Positions 25,201 to 38,900 of a stretch of DNA of 64,000 nucleotides are shown here, piece by piece. The DNA comes from Auanema rhodensis. Lineage: Eukaryota; Animalia; Nematoda. The notes beneath the pieces were generated by a model that was not told where the DNA came from, ran no database searches, and saw only the letters and a list, made by a program, of their open reading frames with translations. Each line of letters starts with the position of its first letter. Positions within the stretch are counted from its first letter, which is position 1. A program made the position numbers and the translations under genes. The stretch covers positions 15,934,001 to 15,998,000 of the forward strand of contig OZ059900.1 of assembly GCA_964057225.1 (NCBI GenBank). Reading direction: 5' to 3'.

Positions 25201-26309
25201 TTCTCATGGGAAATACTGTGTTTTTGTATTTTTCTAGTGTTCAGCATGTAAAATGCTCCATTTTAGTATGTAACACGCTGAAATTCGTTGCATTTGACGA
25301 CTCATATGAACAAAAATCGATTTAATCAATATTAGCCATAAGGGGCGTGCCCTCAGAATATGCTAATTTCCTTAATTTTCTAACCCCTGTTTTTTTGTCG
25401 TGAAAGTGGAACTAGACGTTGTACGAACAATTTTGAGCTAGGTTTCATTGACATTGCATGAGTTTGAAAACATGAAATCGTAAGTCAAAACCTTGTTTAC
25501 AGCGAAATTTCCAAAAACTGGTTTTCCAGCATAATAAAATATTTCTCATGGGAAATACTGTGTTTTTGTATTTTTCTAGTGTTCAGCATGTAAAATGCTT
25601 CATTTTAGTATGTAACACGCTGAAATTCGTTGCATTTGACGACTCATATGAACAAAAATCGATTTAATCAATATTAGCCATAAGGGGCGTGCCCTCAGAA
25701 TATGCTAATTTCCTTAATTTTCTAACCCCTGTTTTTTTGTCGTGAAAGTGGAACTAGACGTTGTACGAACAATTTTGAGCTAGGTTTCATTGACATTGCA
25801 TGAGTTTGAACACATGAAATCGTAAGTCAAAACCTTGTTTACAGCGAAATTTCCAAAAACTGGTTTTCCAGCATAATAAAATATTTCTCATGGGAAATAC
25901 TGTGTTTTTGTATTCTTCTAGTGTTCAGCATGTAAAATGCTTCATTTTAGTTTGTAACACGCTGAAATTCGTTGCATTTGACGACTCATATGAACAAAAA
26001 TCGATTTAATCAATATTAGCCATAAGGGGCGTGCCCTCAGAATATGCTAATTTCCTTAATTTTCTAACCCTTGTTTTTTTGTCGTGAAAGTGGAACTAGA
26101 CGTTGTACAAACAATTTTGAGCTAGGTTTCATTGACATTGCATGAGTTTGAACACATGAAATCGTAAGTCAAAACCTTGTTTACAGCGAAATTTCCAAAA
26201 ACTGGTTTTCCAGCATGATAAAATATTTCTCATGGGAAATACTGTGTTTTTGTATTTTTCTAGTGTTCAGCATGTAAAATGCTTCATTTTAGTTTGTAAC
26301 ACGCTGAAA

Positions 26310-29050
26310 TTCGTTGCATTTGACGACTCATATGAACAAAAATCGATTTAATCAATATTAGCCATAAGGGGCGTGCCCTCAGAATATGCTAATTTCCTTA
26401 ATTTTCTAACCCCTGTTTTTTTGTCGTGAAAGTGGAACTAGACGTTGTACGAACAATTTTGAGCTAGGTTACATTGACATTGCATGAGTTTGAACACATG
26501 AAATCGTAAGTCAAAACCTTGTTTACAGCGAAATTTCCAAAAACTGGTTTTCCAGCATAATAAAATATTTCTCATGGGAAATACTGTGTTTTTGTATTTT
26601 TCTAGTGTTCAGCATGTAAAATGCTTCATTTTAGTATGTAACACGCTGAAATTCGTTGCATTTGACGACTCATATGAACAAAAATCGATTTAATCAATAT
26701 TAGCCATAAGGGGCGTGCCCTCAGAATATGCTAATTTCCTTAATTTTCTAACCCTTGTTTTTTTGTCGTGAAAGTGGAACTAGACGTTGTACAAACAATT
26801 TTGAGCTAGGTTTCATTGACATTGCATGAGTTTGAACACATGAAATCGTAAGTCAAAACCTTGTTTACAGCGAAATTTCCAAAAACTGGTTTTCCAGCAT
26901 GATAAAATATTTCTCATGGGAAATACTGTGTTTTTGTATTTTTCTAGTGTTCAGCATGTAAAATGCTTCATTTTAGTATGTAACACGCTGAAATTCGTTG
27001 CATTTGACGACTCATATGAACAAAAATCAATTTAATCAATATTAGCCATAAGGGGCGTGCCCTCAGAATATGCTAATTTCCTTAATTTTCTAACCCCTGT
27101 TTTTTTGTCGTGAAAGTGGAACTAGACGTTGTACGAACAATTTTGAGCTAGGTTACATTGACATTGCATGAGTTTGAACACATGAAATCGTAAGTCAAAA
27201 CCTTGTTTACAGCGAAATTTCCAAAAACTGGTTTTCCAGCATAATAAAATATTTCTCATGAGAAATACTGTGTTTTTGTATTTTTCTAGTGTTCAGCATG
27301 TAAAATGCTTCATTTTAGTATGTAACACGCTGAAATTCGTTGCATTTGACGACTCATATGAACAAAAATCGATTTAATCAATATTAGCCATAAGGGGCGT
27401 GCCCTCAGAATATGCTAATTTCCTTAATTTTCTAACCCCTGTTTTTTTGTCGTGAAAGTGGAACTAGACGTTGTACGAACAATTTTGAGCTAGGTTACAT
27501 TGACATTGCATGAGTTTGAACACATGAAATCGTAAGTCAAAACCTTGTTTACAGCGAAATTTCCAAAAACTGGTTTTCCAGCATAATAAAATATTTCTCA
27601 TGGGAAATACTGTGTTTTTGTATTTTTCTAGTGTTCAGCATGTAAAATGCTTCATTTTAGTATGTAACACGCTGAAATTCGTTGCATTTGACGACTCATA
27701 TGAACAAAAATCGATTTAATCAATATTAGCCATAAGGGGCGTGCCCTCAGAATATGCTAATTTCCTTAATTTTCTAACCCTTGTTTTTTTGTCGTGAAAG
27801 TGGAACTAGACGTTGTACAAACAATTTTGAGCTAGGTTTCATTGACATTGCATGAGTTTGAACACATGAAATCGTAAGTCAAAACCTTGTTTACAGCGAA
27901 ATTTCCAAAAACTGGTTTTCCAGCATGATAAAATATTTCTCATGGGAAATACTGTGTTTTTGTATTTTTCTAGTGTTCAGCATGTAAAATGCTTCATTTT
28001 AGTATGTAACACGCTGAAATTCGTTGCATTTGACGACTCATATGAACAAAAATCAATTTAATCAATATTAGCCATAAGGGGCGTGCCCTCAGAATATGCT
28101 AATTTCCTTAATTTTCTAACCCCTGTTTTTTTGTCGTGAAAGTGGAACTAGACGTTGTACGAACAATTTTGAGCTAGGTTTCATTGACATTGCATGAGTT
28201 TGAACACATGAAATCGTAAGTCAAAACCTTGTTTACAGCGAAATTTCCAAAAACTGGTTTTCCAGCATAATAAAATATTTCTCATGAGAAATACTGTGTT
28301 TTTGTATTTTTCTAGTGTTCAGCATGTAAAATGCTTCATTTTAGTATGTAACACGCTGAAATTCGTTGCATTTGACGACTCATATGAACAAAAATCGATT
28401 TAATCAATATTAGCCATAAGGGGCGTGCCCTCAGAATATGCTAATTTCCTTAATTTTCTAACCCCTGTTTTTTTGTCGTGAAAGTGGAACTAGACGTTGT
28501 ACGAACAATTTTGAGCTAGGTTACATTGACATTGCATGAGTTTGAACACATGAAATCGTAAGTCAAAACCTTGTTTACAGCGAAATTTCCAAAAACTGGT
28601 TTTCCAGCATAATAAAATATTTCTCATGGGAAATACTGTGTTTTTGTATTTTTCTAGTGTTCAGCATGTAAAATGCTTCATTTTAGTATGTAACACGCTG
28701 AAATTCGTTGCATTTGACGACTCATATGAACAAAAATCGATTTAATCAATATTAGCCATAAGGGGCGTGCCCTCAGAATATGCTAATTTCCTTAATTTTC
28801 TAACCCTTGTTTTTTTGTCGTGAAAGTGGAACTAGACGTTGTACAAACAATTTTGAGCTAGGTTTCATTGACATTGCATGAGTTTGAACACATGAAATCG
28901 TAAGTCAAAACCTTGTTTACAGCGAAATTTCCAAAAACTGGTTTTCCAGCATGATAAAATATTTCTCATGGGAAATACTGTGTTTTTGTATTTTTCTAGT
29001 GTTCAGCATGTAAAATGCTTTATTTTAGTATGTAACACGCTGAAATTCGT
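26310..29050 (+). repeat. 3-monomer higher-order repeat (1026 bp)
   Basis: GGTTACATT 26471/27497/28523, CCCTTG 26755/27781/28807, AAATCAATTT 27029/28055. Confidence 0.8.
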
Positions 29051-32000
29051 TGCATTTGACGACTCATATGAACAAAAATCGATTTAATCAATATTAGCCA
29101 TAAGGGGCGTGCCCTCAGAATATGCTAATTTCCTTAATTTTCTAACCCCTGTTTTTTTGTCGTGAAAGTGGAACTAGACGTTGTACGAACAATTTTGAGC
29201 TAGGTTTCATTGACATTGCATGAGTTTGAACACATGAAATCGTAAGTCAAAACCTTGTTTACAGCGAAATTTCCAAAAACTGGTTTTCCAGCATGATAAA
29301 ATATTTCTCATGGGAAATACTGTGTTTTTGTATTTTTCTAGTGTTCAGCATGTAAAATGCTTCATTTTAGTATGTAACACGCTGAAATTCGTTGCATTTG
29401 ACGACTCATATGAACAAAAATCGATTTAATCAATATTAGCCATAAGGGGCGTGCCCTCAGAATATGCTAATTTCCTTAATTTTCTAACCCCTGTTTTTTT
29501 GTCGTGAAAGTGGAACTAGACGTTGTACGAACAATTTTGAGCTAGGTTTCATTGACATTGCATGAGTTTGAACACATGAAATCGTAAGTCAAAACCTTGT
29601 TTACAGCGAAATTTCCAAAAACTGGTTTTCCAGCATAATAAAATATTTCTCATGGGAAATACTGTGTTTTTGTATTTTTCTAGTGTTCAGCATGTAAAAT
29701 GCTTCATTTTAGTATGTAACACGCTGAAATTCGTTGCATTTGACGACTCATATGAACAAAAATCGATTTAATCAATATTAGCCATAAGGGGCGTGCCCTC
29801 AGAATATGCTAATTTCCTTAATTTTCTAACCCCTGTTTTTTTGTCGTGAAAGTGGAACTAGACGTTGTACGAACAATTTTGAGCTAGGTTTCATTGACAT
29901 TGCATGAGTTTGAACACATGAAATCGTAAGTCAAAACCTTGTTTACAGCGAAATTTCCAAAAACTGCTTTTCCAGCATAATAAAATATTTCTCATGGGAA
30001 ATACTGTGTTTTTGTATTTTTCTAGTGTTCAGCATGTAAAATGCTTCATTTTAGTATGTAACACGCTGAAATTCGTTGCATTTGACGACTCATATGAACA
30101 AAAATCGATTTAATCAATATTAGCCATAAGGGGCGTGCCCTCAGAATATGCTAATTTCCTTAACTTTCTAACCCCTGTTTTTTTGTCGTGAAAGTGGAAC
30201 TAGACGTTGTACGAACAATTTTGAGCTAGGTTTCATTGACATTGCATGAGTTTGAACACATGAAATCGTAAGTCAAAACCTTGTTTACAGCGAAATTTCC
30301 AAAAACTGGTTTTCCAGCATAATAAAATATTTCTCATGGGAAATACTGTGTTTTTGTATTTTTCTAGTGTTCAGCATGTAAAATGCTTCATTTTAGTATG
30401 TAACACGCTGAAATTCGTTGCATTTGACGACTCATATGAACAAAAATCGATTTAATCAATATTAGCCATAAGGGGCGTGCCCTCAGAATATGCTAATTTC
30501 CTTAATTTTCTAACCCCTGTTTTTTTGTCGTGAAAGTGGAACTAGACGTTGTACGAACAATTTTGAGCTAGGTTTCATTGACATTGCATGAGTTTGAACA
30601 CATGAAATCGTAAGTCAAAACCTTGTTTACAGCGAAATTTCCAAAAACTGGTTTTCCAGCATAATAAAATATTTCTCATGGGAAATACTGTGTTTTTGTA
30701 TTCTTCTAGTGTTCAGCATGTAAAATGCTTCATTTTAGTATGTAACACGCTGAAATTCGTTGCATTTGACGACTCATATGAACAAAAATCGATTTAATCA
30801 ATATTAGCCATAAGGGGCGTGCCCTCAGAATATGCTAATTTCCTTAATTTTCTAACCCCTGTTTTTTTGTCGTGAAAGTGGAACTAGACGTTGTACGAAC
30901 AATTTTGAGCTAGGTTTCATTGACATTGCATGAGTTTGAACACATGAAATCGTAAGTCAAAACCTTGTTTACAGCGAAATTTCCAAAAACTGGTTTTCCA
31001 GCATAATAAAATATTTCTCATGGGAAATACTGTGTTTTTGTATTTTTCTAGTGTTCAGCATGTAAAATGCTTCATTTTAGTATGTAACACGCTGAAATTC
31101 GTTGCATTTGACGACTCATATGAACAAAAATCGATTTAATCAATATTAGCCATAAGGGGCGTGCCCTCAGAATATGCTAATTTCCTTAATTTTCTAACCC
31201 TTGTTTTTTTGTCGTGAAAGTGGAACTAGACGTTGTACAAACAATTTTGAGCTAGGTTTCATTGACATTGCATGAGTTTGAACACATGAAATCGTAAGTC
31301 AAAACCTTGTTTACAGCGAAATTTCCAAAAACTGGTTTTCCAGCATGATAAAATATTTCTCATGGGAAATACTGTGTTTTTGTATTTTTCTAGTGTTCAG
31401 CATGTAAAATGCTCCATTTTAGTATGTAACACGCTGAAATTCGTTGCATTTGACGACTCATATGAACAAAAATCGATTTAATCAATATTAGCCATAAGGG
31501 GCGTGCCCTCAGAATATGCTAATTTCCTTAATTTTCTAACCCCTGTTTTTTTGTCGTGAAAGTGGAACTAGACGTTGTACGAACAATTTTGAGCTAGGTT
31601 TCATTGACATTGCATGAGTTTGAACACATGAAATCGTAAGTCAAAACCTTGTTTACAGCGAAATTTCCAAAAACTGGTTTTCCAGCATAATAAAATATTT
31701 CTCATGGGAAATACTGTGTTTTTGTATTTTTCTAGTGTTCAGCATGTAAAATGCTTCATTTTAGTTTGTAACACGCTGAAATTCGTTGCATTTGACGACT
31801 CATATGAACAAAAATCGATTTAATCAATATTAGCCATAAGGGGCGTGCCCTCAGAATATGCTAATTTCCTTAATTTTCTAACCCCTGTTTTTTTGTCGTG
31901 AAAGTGGAACTAGACGTTGTACGAACAATTTTGAGCTAGGTTACATTGACATTGCATGAGTTTGAACACATGAAATCGTAAGTCAAAACCTTGTTTACAG

Positions 32001-32959
32001 CGAAATTTCCAAAAACTGGTTTTCCAGCATAATAAAATATTTCTCATGGGAAATACTGTGTTTTTGTATTTTTCTAGTGTTCAGCATGTAAAATGCTTCA
32101 TTTTAGTATGTAACACGCTGAAATTCGTTGCATTTGACGACTCATATGAACAAAAATCGATTTAATCAATATTAGCCATAAGGGGCGTGCCCTCAGAATA
32201 TGCTAATTTCCTTAATTTTCTAACCCTTGTTTTTTTGTCGTGAAAGTGGAACTAGACGTTGTACAAACAATTTTGAGCTAGGTTTCATTGACATTGCATG
32301 AGTTTGAACACATGAAATCGTAAGTCAAAACCTTGTTTACAGCGAAATTTCCAAAAACTGGTTTTCCAGCATGATAAAATATTTCTCATGGGAAATACTG
32401 TGTTTTTGTATTTTTCTAGTGTTCAGCATGTAAAATGCTTCATTTTAGTATGTAACACGCTGAAATTCGTTGCATTTGACGACTCATATGAACAAAAATC
32501 GATTTAATCAATATTAGCCATAAGGGGCGTGCCCTCAGAATATGCTAATTTCCTTAATTTTTTAACCCCTGTTTTTTTGTCGTGAAAGTGGAACTAGACG
32601 TTGTACGAACAATTTTGAGCTAGGTTTCATTGACATTGCATGAGTTTGAACACATGAAATCGTAAGTCAAAACCTTGTTTACAGCGAAATTTCCAAAAAC
32701 TGGTTTTCCAGCATGATAAAATATTTCTCATGGGAAATACTGTGTTTTTGTATTTTTCTAGTGTTCAGCATGTAAAATGCTTCATTTTAGTATGTAACAC
32801 GCTGAAATTCGTTGCATTTGACGACTCATATGAACAAAAATCGATTTAATCAATATTAGCCATAAGGGGCGTGCCCTCAGAATATGCTAATTTCCTTAAT
32901 TTTCTAACCCCTGTTTTTTTGTCGTGAAAGTGGAACTAGACGTTGTACGAACAATTTTG

Positions 32960-35900
32960 AGCTAGGTTTCATTGACATTGCATGAGTTTGAACACATGAA
33001 ATCGTAAGTCAAAACCTTGTTTACAGCGAAATTTCCAAAAACTGGTTTTCCAGCATGATAAAATATTTCTCATGGGAAATACTGTGTTTTTGTATTTTTC
33101 TAGTGTTCAGCATGTAAAATGCTTCATTTTAGTATGTAACACGCTGAAATTCGTTGCATTTGACGACTCATATGAACAAAAATCGATTTAATCAATATTA
33201 GCCATAAGGGGCGTGCCCTCAGAATATGCTAATTTCCTTAATTTTCTAACCCCTGTTTTTTTGTCGTGAAAGTGGAACTAGACGTTGTACGAACAATTTT
33301 GAGCTAGGTTTCATTGACATTGCATGAGTTTGAACACATGAAATCGTAAGTCAAAACCTTGTTTACAGCGAAATTTCCAAAAACTGGTTTTCCAGCATAA
33401 TAAAATATTTCTCATGGGAAATACTGTGTTTTTGTATTTTTCTAGTGTTCAGCATGTAAAATGCTTCATTTTAGTATGTAACACGCTGAAATTCGTTGCA
33501 TTTGACGACTCATATGAACAAAAATCGATTTAATCAATATTAGCCATAAGGGGCGTGCCCTCAGAATATGCTAATTTCCTTAATTTTCTAACCCCTGTTT
33601 TTTTGTCGTGAAAGTGGAACTAGACGTTGTACGAACAATTTTGAGCTAGGTTTCATTGACATTGCATGAGTTTGAACACATGAAATCGTAAGTCAAAACC
33701 TTGTTTACAGCGAAATTTCCAAAAACTGGTTTTCCAGCATAATAAAATATTTCTCATGGGAAATACTGTGTTTTTGTATTTTTCTAGTGTTCAGCATGTA
33801 AAATGCTTCATTTTAGTTTGTAACACGCTGAAATTCGTTGCATTTGACGACTCATATGAACAAAAATCGATTTAATCAATATTAGCCATAAGGGGCGTGC
33901 CCTCAGAATATGCTAATTTCCTTAATTTTCTAACCCCTGTTTTTTTGTCGTGAAAGTGGAACTAGACGTTGTACGAACAATTTTGAGCTAGGTTACATTG
34001 ACATTGCATGAGTTTGAACACATGAAATCGTAAGTCAAAACCTTGTTTACAGCGAAATTTCCAAAAACTGGTTTTCCAGCTTAATAAAATATTTCTCATG
34101 AGAAATACTGTGTTTTTGTAATTTTCTAGTGTTCAGCATGTAAAATGCTTCATTTTAGTATGTAACACGCTGAAATTCGTTGCATTTGACGACTCATATG
34201 AACAAAAATCGATTTAATCAATATTAGCCATAAGGGGCGTGCCCTCAGAATATGCTAATTTCCTTAATTTTCTAACCCCTGTTTTTTTGTCGTGAAAGTG
34301 GAACTAGACGTTGTACGAACAATTTTGAGCTAGGTTTCATTGACATTGCATGAGTTTGAACACATGAAATCGTAAGTCAAAACCTTGTTTACAGCGAAAT
34401 TTCCAAAAACTGGTTTTCCAGCATAATAAAATATTTCTCATGGGAAATACTGTGTTTTTGTATTTTTCTAGTGTTCAGCATGTAAAATGCTTCATTTTAG
34501 TTTGTAACACGCTGAAATTCGTTGCATTTGACGACTCATATGAACAAAAATCGATTTAATCAATATTAGCCATAAGGGGCGTGCCCTCAGAATATGCTAA
34601 TTTCCTTAATTTTCTAACCCCTGTTTTTTTGTCGTGAAAGTGGAACTAGACGTTGTACGAACAATTTTGAGCTAGGTTACATTGACATTGCATGAGTTTG
34701 AACACATGAAATCGTAAGTCAAAACCTTGTTTACAGCGAAATTTCCAAAAACTGGTTTTCCAGCATAATAAAATATTTCTCATGGGAAATACTGTGTTTT
34801 TGTATTTTTCTAGTGTTCAGCATGTAAAATGCTTCATTTTAGTATGTAACACGCTGAAATTCGTTGCATTTGACGACTCATATGAACAAAAATCGATTTA
34901 ATCAATATTAGCCATAAGGGGCGTGCCCTCAGAATATGCTAATTTCCTTAATTTTCTAACCCTTGTTTTTTTGTCGTGAAAGTGGAACTAGACGTTGTAC
35001 AAACAATTTTGAGCTAGGTTTCATTGACATTGCATGAGTTTGAACACATGAAATCGTAAGTCAAAACCTTGTTTACAGCGAAATTTCCAAAAACTGGTTT
35101 TCCAGCATGATAAAATATTTCTCATGGGAAATACTGTGTTTTTGTATTTTTCTAGTGTTCAGCATGTAAAATGCTTCATTTTAGTATGTAACACGCTGAA
35201 ATTCGTTGCATTTGACGACTCATATGAACAAAAATCGATTTAATCAATATTAGCCATACGGGGCGTGCCCTCAGAATATGCTAATTTCCTTAATTTTCTA
35301 ACCCCTGTTTTTTTGTCGTGAAAGTGGAACTAGACGTTGTACGAACAATTTTGAGCTAGGTTTCATTGACATTGCATGAGTTTGAACACATGAAATCGTA
35401 AGTTAAAACCTTGTTTACAGCGAAATTTCCAAAAACTGGTTTTCCAGCATAATAAAATATTTCTCATGGGAAATACTGTGTTTTTGTATTTTTCTAGTGT
35501 TCAGCATGTAAAATGCTTCATTTTAGTATGTAACACGCTGAAATTCGTTGCATTTGACGACTCATATGAACAAAAATCGATTTAATCAATATTAGCCATA
35601 AGGGGCGTGCCCTCAGAATATGCTAATTTCCTTAATTTTCTAACCCCTGTTTTTTTGTCGTGAAAGTGGAACTAGACGTTGTACGAACAATTTTGAGCTA
35701 GGTTTCATTGACATTGCATGAGTTTGAACACATGAAATCGTAAGTCAAAACCTTGTTTACAGCGAAATTTCCAAAAACTGGTTTTCCAGCATAATAAAAT
35801 ATTTCTCATGGGAAATACTGTGTTTTTGTATTTTTCTAGTGTTCAGCATGTAAAATGCTTCATTTTAGTATGTAACACGCTGAAATTCGTTGCATTTGAC

Positions 35901-38900
35901 GACTCATATGAACAAAAATCGATTTAATCAATATTAGCCATAAGGGGCGTGCCCTCAGAATATGCTAATTTCCTTAATTTTCTAACCCTTGTTTTTTTGT
36001 CGTGAAAGTGGAACTAGACGTTGTACAAACAATTTTGAGCTAGGTTTCATTGACATTGCATGAGTTTGAACACATGAAATCGTAAGTCAAAACCTTGTTT
36101 ACAGCGAAATTTCCAAAAACTGGTTTTCCAGCATAATAAAATATTTCTCATGGGAAATACTGTGTTTTTGTATTTTTCTAGTGTTCAGCCTGTAAAATGC
36201 TTCATTTTAGTATGTAACACGCTGAAATTCGTTGCATTTGACGACTCATATGAACAAAAATCGATTTAATCAATATTAGCCATAAGGGGCGTGCCCTCAG
36301 AATATGCTAATTTCCTTAATTTTCTAACCCTTGTTTTTTTGTCGTGAAAGTGGAACTAGACGTTGTACAAACAATTTTGAGCTAGGTTTCATTGACATTG
36401 CATGAGTTTGAACACATGAAATCGTAAGTCAAAACCTTGTTTACAGCGAAATTTCCAAAAACTGGTTTTCCAGCATGATAAAATATTTCTCATGGGAAAT
36501 ACTGTGTTTTTGTATTTTTCTAGTGTTCAGCATGTAAAATGCTTCATTTTAGTATGTAACACGCTGAAATTCGTTGCATTTGACGACTCATATGAACAAA
36601 AATCGATTTAATCAATATTAGCCATAAGGGGCGTGCCCTCAGAATATGCTAATTTCCTTAATTTTCTAACCCCTGTTTTTTTGTCGTGAAAGTGGAACTA
36701 GACGTTGTACGAACAATTTTGAGCTAGGTTTCATTGACATTGCATGAGTTTGAACACATGAAATCGTAAGTCAAAACCTTGTTTACAGCGAAATTTCCAA
36801 AAACTGGTTTTCCAGCATAATAAAATATTTCTCATGGGAAATACTGTGTTTTTGTATTTTTCTAGTGTTCAGCATGTAAAATGCTTCATTTTAGTATGTA
36901 ACACGCTGAAATTCGTTGCATTTGACGACTCATATGAACAAAAATCGATTTAATCAATATTAGCCATAAGGGGCGTGCCCTCAGAATATGCTAATTTCCT
37001 TAATTTTCTAACCCCTGTTTTTTTGTCGTGAAAGTGGAACTAGACGTTGTACGAACAATTTTGAGCTAGGTTTCATTGACATTGCATGAGTTTGAACACA
37101 TGAAATCGTAAGTCAAAACCTTGTTTACAGCGAAATTTCCAAAAACTGGTTTTCCAGCATAATAAAATATTTCTCATGGGAAATACTGTGTTTTTGTATT
37201 TTTCTAGTGTTCAGCATGTAAAATGCTTCATTTTAGTTTGTAACACGCTGAAATTCGTTGCATTTGACGACTCATATGAACAAAAATCGATTTAATCAAT
37301 ATTAGCCATAAGGGGCGTGCCCTCAGAATATGCTAATTTCCTTAATTTTCTAACCCCTGTTTTTTTGTCGTGAAAGTGGAACTAGACGTTGTACGAACAA
37401 TTTTGAGCTAGGTTACATTGACATTGCATGAGTTTGAACACATGAAATCGTAAGTCAAAACCTTGTTTACAGCGAAATTTCCAAAAACTGGTTTTCCAGC
37501 TTAATAAAATATTTCTCATGAGAAATACTGTGTTTTTGTAATTTTCTAGTGTTCAGCATGTAAAATGCTTCATTTTAGTATGTAACACGCTGAAATTCGT
37601 TGCATTTGACGACTCATATGAACAAAAATCGATTTAATCAATATTAGCCATAAGGGGCGTGCCCTCAGAATATGCTAATTTCCTTAATTTTCTAACCCCT
37701 GTTTTTTTGTCGTGAAAGTGGAACTAGACGTTGTACGAACAATTTTGAGCTAGGTTTCATTGACATTGCATGAGTTTGAACACATGAAATCGTAAGTCAA
37801 AACCTTGTTTACAGCGAAATTTCCAAAAACTGGTTTTCCAGCATAATAAAATATTTCTCATGGGAAATACTGTGTTTTTGTATTTTTCTAGTGTTCAGCA
37901 TGTAAAATGTTTCATTTTAGTTTGTAACACGCTGAAATTCGTTGCATTTGACGACTCATATGAACAAAAATCGATTTAATCAATATTAGCCATAAGGGGC
38001 GTGCCCTCAGAATATGCTAATTTCCTTAATTTTCTAACCCCTGTTTTTTTGTCGTGAAAGTGGAACTAGACGTTGTACGAACAATTTTGAGCTAGGTTAC
38101 ATTGACATTGCATGAGTTTGAACACATGAAATCGTAAGTCAAAACCTTGTTTACAGCGAAATTTCCAAAAACTGGTTTTCCAGCATAATAAAATATTTCT
38201 CATGGGAAATACTGTGTTTTTGTATTTTTCTAGTGTTCAGCATGTAAAATGCTTCATTTTAGTATGTAACACGCTGAAATTCGTTGCATTTGACGACTCA
38301 TATGAACAAAAATCGATTTAATCAATATTAGCCATAAGGGGCGTGCCCTCAGAATATGCTAATTTCCTTAATTTTCTAACCCTTGTTTTTTTGTCGTGAA
38401 AGTGGAACTAGACGTTGTACAAACAATTTTGAGCTAGGTTTCATTGACATTGCATGAGTTTGAACACATGAAATCGTAAGTCAAAACCTTGTTTACAGCG
38501 AAATTTCCAAAAACTGGTTTTCCAGCATGATAAAATATTTCTCATGGGAAATACTGTGTTTTTGTATTTTTCTAGTGTTCAGCATGTAAAATGCTTCATT
38601 TTAGTATGTAACACGCTGAAATTCGTTGCATTTGACGACTCATATGAACAAAAATCGATTTAATCAATATTAGCCATACGGGGCGTGCCCTCAGAATATG
38701 CTAATTTCCTTAATTTTCTAACCCCTGTTTTTTTGTCGTGAAAGTGGAACTAGACGTTGTACGAACAATTTTGAGCTAGGTTTCATTGACATTGCATGAG
38801 TTTGAACACATGAAATCGTAAGTTAAAACCTTGTTTACAGCGAAATTTCCAAAAACTGGTTTTCCAGCATAATAAAATATTTCTCATGGGAAATACTGTG